From the human T2T-CHM13v2.0 reference genome, Homo sapiens: DNA of 64,000 nucleotides. The first letter of the stretch is position 1. Each line of letters opens with the position of its first letter. The notes beneath the pieces are model-generated. The model saw nothing but the letters and a program-made list of their open reading frames with translations. It had not been told where the DNA came from and searched no databases. This document shows positions 26,721-38,012 of the stretch, piece by piece. A program made the translations under genes and the position numbers. Where the stretch lies: NCBI RefSeq assembly GCF_009914755.1, contig NC_060935.1; one strand, 5' to 3'.

Positions 26721-28859
26721 CCTTTCAGGTAAACAATTTGGGTATATTCTGCTTCGGGCCAGGCCCCTTCTGATAGGTGAGGATGTGTATGTGTTTTATG
26801 TATGGATGCACGTGTGTGTGAGTGCAGGTACTATACACCGCAGTCTCTACACACCTGCAGCTGTGTATGTGTGTGTGTCATGAACATATGCATAGGATAC
26901 ACCTTTTTCCTGAACTTTCAAGGCTGACAGCAAGAAAGCTATCTTCGAGCATTCATCTCTGAATCCAAGTGCCCCATTTTCTCTCATTCTGACACCATTT
27001 TGAAATGATTAGCCTAGGTCTCTACCTGGCCCAACAGCTCAACACTAAGCCCCTGGAGGACAAGGTAAAAAAAACGCAGGAGAAAGCAGGGAAGAGGAAG
27101 GGAGCGGAGAGGAGAGAGGAACAACAGGAAAAGATGACTATCATTCATTGAGTACCTGAGCTGGAGCACGGATTTTACAACCATTTCTCCATTCTAAAAA
27201 CCAAGTAGACCATCGTTCATCTCTTTTTACAAGTAAGAAACCAGGGCTCAGAGTCTTCGGATAACTATCCTGAAGGCACACAGCTAATGAGCAGTGAGAG
27301 GCGTTCAGCCACAGGTGAGTCCAAGCCCTGGCCCTTTCCACTCCCCTGTGCTATTTCTCAGTCTCCCTTACCCAGAACATAGTCATGGCCACACGGTGGG
27401 CACTCAATCAATGCTCATAAAACCGAACTGAAGCTAAGAAGAAAATCCAATGGCATTCTTAAATACAAAGACAAAGCTCACCAGTCATGAAGAGAGCCAA
27501 GCTGGTCAATGCCTGTGCTCAGATCATCTTGAACAACATAATGGAATATGTCTATGGCTGCAGTCCTGGAAAAACACAGAGGGCTTCCCGCTGAGCTGCT
27601 TCAAGGCTGACCCTTGGTCAAAGCCATGCATGATATTAAATTCCAGGACAAGTGCTTTCTGACTGACGCATGGTTGAGAATTGGAGCCTCAGAAAGACTG
27701 AGCTCATCCCTCAGCCTACTCTCTTGGCAAGGCCAGGGCAAGCACTCAACAGCAGATAATTTGCAGACAGTCTATGCTGCTGATGGAAACTAAAATGCCA
27801 GGTAATTAACTAGATGGCAATAAGGGTGCTACATAATTGCCATAATAATAATTACTGTCATAATTCTTTGGAAGGTCAGATGGCTCAAAGTTTGAGACCT
27901 GTTCAGAGCTCAAAGTGGGGTCTGGGCACACCTGCCCCCTCATAGTAACCAGTGCATTGCCCTGCCCACCCCCATCCATGTTACTCCCCAGCCCTTAGGT
28001 AATCTCCAGAACCCAGAAAATGTTACAGCTGTCTGGCCTCAGAGATACCTGCCCATTGTGCCAAAGCTGGCAATGAACTCCTGTTCTGTTGAACTGCTAC
28101 CAGGAATGAGGTAGCTTCTTTAGCTTGTTTCATCCTCAGGGCGCCCTATTAGTGATCTGTCATCACCTGCAGGCTACAGAGAAGAAGCTGAGCTCAGCCA
28201 ACTTGCCAGCAGTCTCACAGCTGGTCAATGAGGAAGCCAGGATCCAAACCCAGGTACCCAGGTCTGCCTTGTTCCAAATCCTACTGTTTTTGCCATACCT
28301 ACTGATGCTAACGCCCTCCAAGCCTGTTCCAATGCCACAGTGCTCTTTATCCACATACGTCTCCCTAAGGAGCCACCAGGAGTGAGACGACGTTCGCTCA
28401 GAGACAGACACATGTACCATCTCCAGATCAACAGGACCTGGGCCCCTACGGCACTGAGTCAGGGCTAACCATGGCACCCCACTCTCTCCACACTGCCTCC
28501 TACTTTACCTCCTCTCCACAACAGCTATTTATAATCCTTATTTGTACAAACGAAACAGTGTATTCTGGCTTTTTTTCCTGCACTTTAAATAACTAAGTTA
28601 TGGATAAAAGAAACAGAATGAAAATGTTATCCAATCATTGGCCTGCCCTGGTGCATGTCTGTGTATCTGGTATTTTCTCCCAGTGCCATTCCGAGTAGAT
28701 GCCTCGTTTCTCTGCCTCATTATCTCCTGCTCTCCTTTGTGCTTCTAAACAAAGGCGACGTGGCATGGGGCCATGACTTGCTTACTGCCTGCCTGGCAGA
28801 TGGAGTAGGGCTGGGTCTGTCATGTACCCCAGCCCCTCGGGAATTATAGTACAAGACCT

Positions 28860-29070
28860 AACATGGATTGAGCTGTGTTGCTATGTGCCAGCACTATGCA
28901 TCATCTCACGCAGCCTCATCACACCCCATGCTAGCACCCCTACGTCACAGATCAGGAAACTGAGGCTTATAGAGGTCGAGTGGCTTGCCCAAGGTCATGG
29001 AAAGTGATGAAGCCAAGACTTGAACTAGGGCAACCAGACTTTGGTGTCCAGGCCCTTAGCCATGGGTTAT
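28860..29070 (-). mobile_element. MIR SINE
   Basis: CTATGTGCCAGCACTATGC..ACAGATCAGGAAACTGAGGCT..CTTGCCCAAGGTCA. Confidence 0.85.
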
Positions 29071-29819
29071 AGGTTCACGCCTTTGACCACAGCTGGTCAG
29101 AACTAACAAACTCCAATGGTGACTCCTATCGCCAACCTGATGGCCCCTGAGGGAGGCTGATATTCAAAGAGACACACAATGACCATGAGATCTGCCAGAA
29201 CCCTCTAAAGGAGGAAGTATTAGCCCATGGTAGGCATAATATGAAAGGAGAATGAGCTACTCACCAGCCATTTTGTCTCACTCTTATCTTGAGTAATGGG
29301 TTTCAATTAGTCAGTCAACAGACATTTGCTCAATGCCAACTCCATGCCAGACCCTGTGCTGGATGCTGCTGATGCAAAAGTGAATATAACACAGTCTTGT
29401 CCTCAAGATGCTTAGCCAGCCAGGGAGACAGATGAGACAGCAATAGCTGAGCCAGAGCTACAGACATACACACTGAGATACAGGTCTATCCTTGCCCAAG
29501 ACGTCAGATTACCACCCCTCCTGCCATTCTATGTGACTTGAAAACTTCCACCTTTTCCTCAATCCATTTTCCATTGGCACTTACTTCATTCTAATTAGCA
29601 GACAAATAGAACCTGTGCAGTTCTTGCTGGATTCTTGATATATTCTCCACGCTGTGTTTACAAATACAACTGCAGACACAAATTTCTCCTGCCACCTGTC
29701 CTGCGAGGTATGCTGGTGGCCTTTAAATGCTGGATTCTGTTGATGTTCCTGGTGCAGCAGCAGCAGTACATGCAGCATGCAGCAGTCTGCTCATGTCCCC
29801 TGCAGCACGGGAGGAAAAC

Positions 29820-30350
29820 GGCACAATGCAGTGGGGACGCCATGGGGCAGGGAGCCAGCAGACCTTGTTCGGGTCCTGGCTCCACTACTGTCTTGCTGAG
29901 TGACCACAGGCAAAGCTGTTAGCCTCTCTGAACCACCATTTCCTTGTCTTTAAATTGAGGAAATTGAATAAGGAGCTTCATCAGATCCCTTCCAAAGTCC
30001 CGTGGAGTATCTGCATGGCTCTCAGCCCACAGTGCAGTGCTTTTTACATAATACAAAAAGAATGAGTGTGAACAGCTGCTGGTGAGGCAGACCCTGGCCC
30101 CCGGCCAGTTGGAGACCAGGGCACTCTGGTACCATGGGTAAAAGCGTGAGATACTGAATGAGCAGACATGGTGACCCCTGGTTCTGCCACTGAGCAGCTC
30201 TGCAACACAAGGCAAGTCAGTTAACTTAGATGAGCCTCAGTTTACACAGTAACATGGTGATAACATTTTCTGCATTGAGTTGGTGTGAAGATTATTTGAA
30301 ATAATGTGATTTGAAGCACATAGCAAAGTAATAGATGCAACCTCCAGTAT
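29820..30350 (+). mobile_element. MIR3 plus MIR fragments
   Basis: GGTCCTGGCTCCACTACT..GTGACCACAGGCAAA..CCTCTCTGAAC; second copy GGCAAGTCAGTTAACTTAGATGAGCCTCAGTTT. Confidence 0.7.
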
Positions 30351-31074
30351 TATTCTTTTCTGTGCTGCCCTTATTGTCCATGGAGGCCAAGTTCTGATGT
30401 CCTAGGGCTGACTCCTGGTTCTCATGGGCTCCATTTTCCACAAAAGGGCTACTAAGCTCATGCCAGCTCCTTCCCAGGGAAGAGAACCCTGCCCTGTCCC
30501 CAGCCCACAGGCTGGGCTCAGATGCCGTTGGCCAGACCTTCTGACCACCCAGCCGGCCGAGCTTCCACAGCCAATCCCTGCTAGGTTTGCCCGCCTGCCT
30601 AGATCCTGTGACTTCCTCCAGGGAGTGCTGGTGCTTTCAGCTGCAGCCTACCCAGTAAATGCATTTCCTGCCAGGCTCCCACCTTCCTCCTGCATCTGCC
30701 CTGGGGACTGTTGTATGCCATGTTTGTCCTGCTCCCTGGGGCCTCACAGTGGCCTGCTGGCTAGACGTGCTTTCCTGCCTGTTCCTCACTTCCTGTAACT
30801 GCCTCTGGAGCCCCCAGAGAAGCTGTGTGAAATCACAAGAGGGCCTTTCCCATGTAGAGGGTGGTCCCTATCCACGGAGGTCCAAGTCCTCCACCCATTT
30901 CCCATCCAAACACGTACACAGTAATTCATGGTTTAGTCTAAGCAAGCAGATCTTTCAACCTAGGTTCTCTCTCCAGCTATTCCTGACTATAGTTTTAAGG
31001 GGCCTGTACAGGAAATGACATGAAATTATCAAGACCTTGGGCTAAATTGGACACATGGAAAAGACCACTCAGCA

Positions 31075-31320
31075 ATACTAATAATAAAATATTTCATTTA
31101 TTGAGCTCCAGGCACTTTGTATACATTTCCTCACTGAACTCAATCCAACAGCTCAGTGACATAGGTACTAACATTATCTGTATTTTACAGAATAGGACTG
31201 GACTGGTTAGCAAACGAAGTTTCCAAGATCACACAACTGGTAGGTCCAGGGCCAGGCTGTTCAACTAGGTCTGTCTGCTCTAAAGCCCCAGTGCTAAGCC
31301 AGGTTTCTATCCTGCCTCCC
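31075..31320 (-). mobile_element. MIR SINE
   Basis: CATTTATTGAGCTCCAGGCACT..TTTTACAGA..CCAAGATCACACAACTGGTA. Confidence 0.75.
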
Positions 31321-31934
31321 AAGACAGTCAAGGTGGCTCTGGACCCTCAGAGGAAGGCAAGAGGGAGGAAACCAGGGCTTCCCCTCCTTACACCTCACTA
31401 GGATCTGATCAGATGCTGCTATTCTGGCCTCTGATAACTTCTCCCTTCCTGACATCAGCTTCTTCCTCTACAGCTCTGTAGTCGATGAAACCCGCCAAGA
31501 CCTTTAGCAACTCCGTATCTTAGAAATGAAAATTGAGACAAAAAAAAAAAAACCTCCTGGTCCCTGCATGCCACTTACATAGATCACAGCCAGAATGAGT
31601 CTCTAAAGAGAAGGACTTACAGACTCTGCTAATTGCGTTTAGCAAAATGACGTTCAGCTTCACATGTGGTAGGTGCACACCACTGTTATGCCTTGTGCAT
31701 TCCTGCTTTGCAAAAACAATGACCAGAGCTTCATAAAGTGGTGCTTCAAGGCAGAATGTTAAGGCAAAAAAGAACAGGGCTTGGCCAAAGCCAGGCAGCA
31801 CCACTACCTAAGTTTCTTATTTAATTTCCTGAAGTATGTGTGGTGCTGGTTCTTCCTGGATTTGTCCAGGCCATCTCACGCAGTTACATTTTTACTCTGC
31901 ACAGTGAGCAGAATGTTTTATGTTTTATATAAAA

Positions 31935-32160
31935 ATGAATATACTGCTCACTATGGATCAGACACTGTTGCAAGTGCTTTATCCAGATCAACTCTGCTGA
32001 TCTTCATAATAATTCTATGGGAGAGGCACTGCTGTTAGTCCTGTTCCAAACATGAGGGAACTGAGGCACTGAGAGGTCATCCAGCTTGCCTAAAGTCACA
32101 CAGTTAATCGGGGTGGAGCTGTGAGTCAGTCTGCATTTTTAACCACTGTGCTACCCTACT
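31935..32160 (-). mobile_element. MIR SINE
   Basis: TGCTCACTATG..ATGAGGGAACTGAGGCAC..CTTGCCTAAAGTCACACAG. Confidence 0.8.
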
Positions 32161-32532
32161 CTGTATTTCCTAGGAATCTGTTCAATATACAAATAAAGAT
32201 AAATATATTGCTTTACCTTTGTAAGGCTTTTAAGATGAATACACAAGTCAGGGAAAAAAAAAATCCTTTAACCATAATTCTTTGGAGAATTTAGAAAATG
32301 TGGTCACCAGGATACAGGCAATCATGTTTTATAAGGAGAAAAGATTTTGTAGGTCTGCATGGTGTCTAGACAGGGAGCTGAGAAGAAAGGATATGTCCGT
32401 GTGTCTCCAGGGCTGCCCAGAGAACAGGAGCTTCACTGAAGACTACAGGCCCTAGTGATTAGACAGAAATAGCCCAGCCATGGAGAAAGTCATCCCTAAG
32501 CTGACTGGGTCTGGAGGAAGCAGGTTATAAAA

Positions 32533-32733
32533 CACTGTTTCCCAAAACCCAGTCCTTGGACTTGCCACAACAGAACCATCTCAGGATTTTATTAAAAATG
32601 TTGATTTAGGACCTCACCCTGGACGCATGATCAGAATCTCTCAGGAAGGAATAAAAGGGAGCATAACCCAAAACCCTGAATTTTTAACAAGCTTCTCAGA
32701 TATTTGGATTACAACGAAGTTTGGAATTCTCTG
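32533..32733. mobile_element. MER5-type hAT-Charlie MITE
   Basis: TTAAAAATG..TGATCAGAATCTCT..TTTTTAACAAGCTTCTCAG..AAGTTTGGAATTCTCTG. Confidence 0.6.
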
Positions 32734-32869
32734 CCCTAAAAATCTGATGGCTCTATTTGCTGTGAGAATCTGTGCACTGTGCATCCTTGGGAAATATGAC
32801 CTGGCCTCCGAATAAAGGATGAGTTACAGCCCAGCCCAGTTCCATGGCCAATTTTAATCTAATACAACT

Positions 32870-33100
32870 ATAATATAATAACAACAATAATGATAACTAC
32901 CAATTACCGAGCACTTACTACATGCCAGACACTGCTGAGTGTTTTACTAATCTTATTTATGTTAACTCTTATCACACCTCTGTGCTGGAGTTATCATCGA
33001 CCTTGTTTTGCAGAGGGTGAAATTCAGGCTGGAAGAGTGGGTGACTAGCTAAGGATTACACAAAAAGCAAGCAGCAGAGACAGAATTCAAACCCAATCTG
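32870..33100 (-). mobile_element. MIR SINE
   Basis: GAGCACTTACTACATGCCAGACACT..GCAGAGACAGAATTCAAACCCA. Confidence 0.8.
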
Positions 33101-34028
33101 ACACCTTGACCTTTCTGGTTCTGAGCTCAAGGTCAGTGTTGCGAACAGCCCGCCCTGCCACCACCATCCCCAGGGCTATGATGGGGCTGGGAAGGCCACT
33201 CACTAAGGCCAGGGTGTCCTTTACTTGGCAGGGAGCAGCTGGAGGAGGGCTGCTCTTTCTGCCGCATGTTCATTTCAGCTGAGCCACCCGGGGTGTCTGT
33301 CCCCAGACGTGGACACCAGCCAACATGCTGGGCTGACTCCAGCTCCCAGAGGCCTGGGCCTGCAGGGTGGGAGAGACCAGCATACCACAAGCACCCTGTG
33401 GCCTCAGCAACTAGTGTGAACTTTTCCCTGCTTGCACCAACAACCCGATAGCCCTGGAGCTCGCGGCACTCCTCTCAGGGGCCTCGTCAGCAGCTCCTAT
33501 CTGGGGATGAAGCACAGGCTGACCTGATAGTGAGTCCTCCCTTCCTAGAGGTGCCTCCCGGAGCTCTGGTTTCCCAGTCAGTAAATGGGGACCTTAACAG
33601 GGCCTCACTGGGCCTTTGGAAGGATTAAGTGAGGCGCCATCTGGGAAGCACCTGGCCCCAGGGCCTGCACATCGCAGGCCCGCTGATCTCCTTACTCCTG
33701 CTGCTGCCTCCTTTAACTTCATGGCTGTGGTTCCCATCTGCACAGCACTGCCTGGCCTCCCACCCAAACCTTCAGAGATCCCAGTAAAAGATGCTTTGTC
33801 AACAGAGGTGCCCCCCAGATCCCTGGGTGCCGTGGGCCTCCCTTTTCACTCAGTCCCAGGATGTGGGCATATCCAGAGCAGGGACCTAACTATCTTGTTC
33901 TCTGTGACATCTTTGGGCTAGAGGAGTGCCTGGCAGGGAGCAGGCACTAATGTCTGCTGAATGAGTTAATTCAGTCGCTGAACAAATGGGAATGGTGCAC
34001 CTGCTTTGTGCAGGTCCAGTGCTGAGGG

Positions 34029-34820
34029 CAAACGCATCTGGGGCACAGGGCTCTGCCCTCAGATCTGATATCCAAGGCTCCCTCTCAAGGGCCCGGTGCC
34101 AGTAAGGCGCCCTTCCCAGCACCCACACCTCTGCTGCCCCAAAGCATGGCTAGTAGCCTTGAAGCCACACTGCCTCCCCCACAGTCTTCCCTTCAGCCAA
34201 GCCTCCCAGAGACAGATGCTCAGACCACCCTCTCCTTCTGCAACTTTCTATGTGAGCCTAGGGCACAAGCCAAGCCCAGAGGCCTCTCCTGAAGAGTGAG
34301 CAGGTCGCTTTCCTTTGGCCTGGCCACCCTTCCAGAGAGCTGTCCTGAACACCTCGCTGCCCACAACCTCCTGCAGGAAAACCACAGGCAAGGCAACTAT
34401 AGACACGAGCCAAACCCAGGAGGAGATTCACCCCTGCCCTTCAGAAGACCCCAGAGACCCCACTGTGAACATGAAAGAGCGAAACAATCATGATGTTGAA
34501 TTGCTGGGAACACAGAGGGAAACTGCCCACTTGGGAGGCTGCGGAGGGTTCCATGCACCCCGCTTCTCACCTGCAAGCTAATGGGTCCATCTCAATCACT
34601 TAAGTTTATTTACTGGCCATGAAAGACTTTGCCCAAAGACTGGAAAAAAGGCTGTGGCTGCGTCTTAGAAAGCAAAGGAAAACAAAACAAAACCTTAGTA
34701 CCAAAGTGTTGGAAACTGCTGTCAAAAGCAGATCGATCAGAAATAAAGAAGAAAGGGGCTCTCAGACAATAAAGGAACTCAAAGGCAAACTGGAATTTGC
34801 TTTACACAAGTGTGATATAC
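34029..34820 (+). repeat. Local duplication, copy 1 (segments A 34029-34693 and B to 34820)
   Basis: Aligns by eye to 36500-37117 (direct) and 37592-37873 (inverted). Confidence 0.92.
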
Positions 34821-35204
34821 AGTTTCCAGACACAGTGCCTTGCAGGGGTAAAGGGCACCTGGATTTCCAGTACCAATGGGAAATGAGGGGAGAGGGAGCT
34901 GCACAGGGGACCCCGATGCCAGTCCGGCACTTGCAGCCTGGCCTCTGGGCTGGCACCCCAGCCCCACCCACCACCATCTCTCTGGGCCTCGGTTTCTTTT
35001 TCTAAAAACTTAAGGCATTGGACTGGATTATTCTAAACATATTTTGTGGTTCTAAAACCTCTTCTCACCTCCAAGTCAACATTTTCAAAACAGAGATAGT
35101 CAGTTCTGTCTCCTTAGCAAGCTATCTTCTCAAGGGCTTAGAAGGCGTCCTTGTAACTTTGTTGAAGGGCCCTGGAAGGTGCAGGATAAATGTTTTTCTT
35201 CGTC

Positions 35205-35218
35205 GTTGCCATGGAAAC
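35205..35218. promoter_or_regulatory. RFX X-box motif GTTGCCATGGAAAC
   Basis: Matches the palindromic RFX consensus GTTGCCATGG(C/A)AAC; function untested. Confidence 0.5.
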
Positions 35219-36239
35219 TTGTGACTCCTACATCCCTGATGCTAGGACAAGAGCATGCCAAGAGCCCTGGGTGGTTTGGGTTTGTTTTGTCCATACCCAC
35301 ACCGTGTGTACTGAAGGGCTGGCAGAGCTGCAGGTGATACCTTGCCAATAGGAGACACGGCTGTTCCTCATTTCATGACCAAGTTTCATTAGAAACTTTG
35401 GAATCACGGCAATCATATAAGTAATACTGAGGCTGCACTGAGGGGCTCCCAGAATTAGAGCACCCTTTGACCCTGAAAACTGATCCCTGATCTTGCCTCT
35501 GCGAGTTTCCCTTGGCCTGCCCTGCGATTTGGGGGTGATGCTTTGTGATTTTTCCTGCCACCTCTAATGAGATATGCACTTCAAAAAGGCACCCTCAACA
35601 AGCACTGAATGATACAACTTCATCCCTGTATGACTCTCTGATCACAGCAATACGTTAGACTCAGTGGAAATGTGTGTCAGACACCAGGTCTTCAAGGACC
35701 CAGACAGAAACAGGTAATTGGCAGGAAGGTAGATATGGTGGTGGTGCTGTCTATTCAGACACTGGGTTGTCAGAAGGAAAATGGGTTAGAAAATCCTCCC
35801 AGCCTATATTAACCCTGTAAACTGCATCCAAATTGCTAAAAGATTTGTGCAATGTTATGATTCTCTTTTCTTTGATGGTGGATACTTCGGAAAACAGAAA
35901 TAGAATTACTTAAAGTGATGCTCCCTTGCTCCTGTTAAAACAGGGGCAAACAATACACTTCCCTGCATGTCCCACATCCACTTCTCAGACCATAGTGTTC
36001 CCCACTGGCTGAGATTAATGGGGATGACACTGTGGCTGCTGATGTTTCTCACTGCCCAACTCTGTACCTACAAGTTCTTTCACCCTCCCTCAGGAATCAG
36101 GGTCAGCCCAGTGCCATGCAAATAATCGCCTGTGTTTTTGTGAACACTTTAGACCCAAAATCATCCAAACTCCTCCACCTCTCTCCCCTCCCATAGCCAA
36201 CTGGACACCAGGGCTTCCTCAAACTCCACCTAGATCACC

Positions 36240-37375
36240 ACCGTTATGATGATGATCTCCGCCTTCAGTACCTCTCCCTGGCTCTTCAAGTGGTCTCCCA
36301 GCCAGTCTCCCTGCCTTCAGCCTCATTCCTCCCATCCACCTTCCACCTGTAGTTGGGGTGATCTTTCTAGACCACAAACCTCGTCATGCCACTTTCTACT
36401 TAAAATTCTTCCATGGCTCTCCAAGGCTTGCAGGATCCAGTCTTAATCCATTAGTCTGACATATAAAGCCTTCCTGGGCTGGCACCCCAGCCCCACCCAC
36501 AAATGCATCTCTGCCTTCAGATCTGATATCCAAGGCTCCCTCTCAAGGGCCTCATGCTAGTAAGGCCCCCTTCCCAGCCCCCACACCTCTATTGCCCCAA
36601 AGCGTCGCTAGTAGCCTTGGGGATTCCTCCCTTCAGCCAAGCCTCCCAGAGAAAGATGCTCAGACTACCCTCTCCTTCTGGAACTTTCCACGTGAGCCTA
36701 GGGCACAAGCCAAGCCCAGAAGCCTCTCCCGAAGAGTGAGCAGGTTGCTTTCCCTCAGCCTGGCCACCCTTCCAGAGAGCTGTCCTGACACACCTCGCTG
36801 GCCACAACCTCCTGCAGGAGAATCACAGGCAAGGCAACTATAGACACGAGCCAAACCCAGGAGGAGCTTCACCCCCACCCTTCAGAAGACCCCAGAGACC
36901 CCGCTGTAAATATGAAGGAGCCAACCAACCACGATGTTGGATTGCTGGGAACGCAGAGGGAAACTGCCCAGTGAGGAGGCTGCAGAGGGTTCCACGCACC
37001 CCGCTCCTCACCCACAAGCTAGTGGGTCCATCTCAATCACTTAAGCTTATTTACTGACCATTAAAGACTTTGCCCAAAGGCTGTGGCTGCGTCTTAGAAA
37101 GCAAAGCAAAACAAAACTGTGGGAACAGCCTGTCATCTCACTCAGAGCTCCCCTCCTTGTAGATCTAGCCTTTCCCTCAGCCTTTCTCCCTACCAGATAG
37201 AGCAAGCCATGGACAGACGCCTCCATGCTACCATAGCAACCTGGACCTCCTCTCCAGATCACTCCTACTTCCATGTTGTCTACATGTTTCTTTATATATC
37301 TGTCTCCACCCTGTACCACCCATTCCAGCAAAGGCCACAGTGCTGGCACATGCAATTCTTCAATGAATGAATGAA
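36240..37375 (+). mobile_element. L2 LINE interrupted by duplicated segment A'
   Basis: L2 motifs GTGATCTTTCTA..CTTAAAATTCTTCCATGGCTC before 36475; L2 3' end ending TGAATGAATGAA after 37117. Confidence 0.6.
36475..37117 (+). repeat. Local duplication, copy 2 (D' + A', direct)
   Basis: 36500-37117 is homologous to 34029-34693 (11 mismatches in a 120-bp block counted by hand); 36475-36500 matches 34945-34971. Confidence 0.92.
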
Positions 37376-37499
37376 GAAATCATCACGTGCTTCTCACTTT
37401 TCACATGCAAAGAATAATTCCTACCATGTCCTTGTTCCGGAAAACAGTCATGCCAAGCTCAAAGAAGAAGGAACTAGGTGTCAAAAAGAGAATGTAGAG

Positions 37500-38012
37500 T
37501 AAAGAGGTCAAGAACATTGATTCTGGACTTAGGCAGCATGGGTTCAAATCTCTGCTACTTTCTAGTTGTGTAATCTTGGTCACCTCTCTGCGTGTATCAC
37601 ATTTGTGTAAAGCAAATTTCAGTTTGCCTTTGAGTTCCTTTATAGTCTAAGAGCCCCTTTCTTCATTATTTCTGATCGATCTGCTTTTGATAGCACTTTC
37701 CAACACTTTGGTGCTAAGGTTTTGTTTTGTTTTGCTTTGCTTTGCTTTGCTTTCTGAGACTCAGCCACAGCCTTTGGGCAAAGTGTTTAATGGTCAGTAA
37801 CTAAGTTTCAGTGGTTGAGAAGGATCCATTAGTTCGTGGGTGAGGAGCAGGGTGCATGGAACCCCTGCAGCCTTTTCTACTGTGTGGAGAAAGAGTGAAT
37901 GATATGACCTTCCTCAAGGTTGTTTCAGGCACTAAATGCACCAGTGTGTCTAAAGTATTTGGGAAGGATCTGGTGCATGGAAAGTGCTTGGTCAGTGTTA
38001 GTTACTATTATT
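37500..38012 (+). mobile_element. MIR SINE split by the inverted duplication
   Basis: 5' half GGGTTCAAATC..TGTGTAATCTTGGTCACCTCTCTG; 3' half CCTTCCTCAAGGTTGTT..AAGTGCT..TGTTAGTTACTATTATT. Confidence 0.75.
37592..37873 (-). repeat. Local duplication, copy 3 (inverted copy of 34536-34820) inside a MIR
   Basis: Reverse complement reads AGGCTGCAGGGGTTCCATGCACCC...GCAGATCGATCAGAAATAA...GCTTTACACAAATGTGATACAC. Confidence 0.92.
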
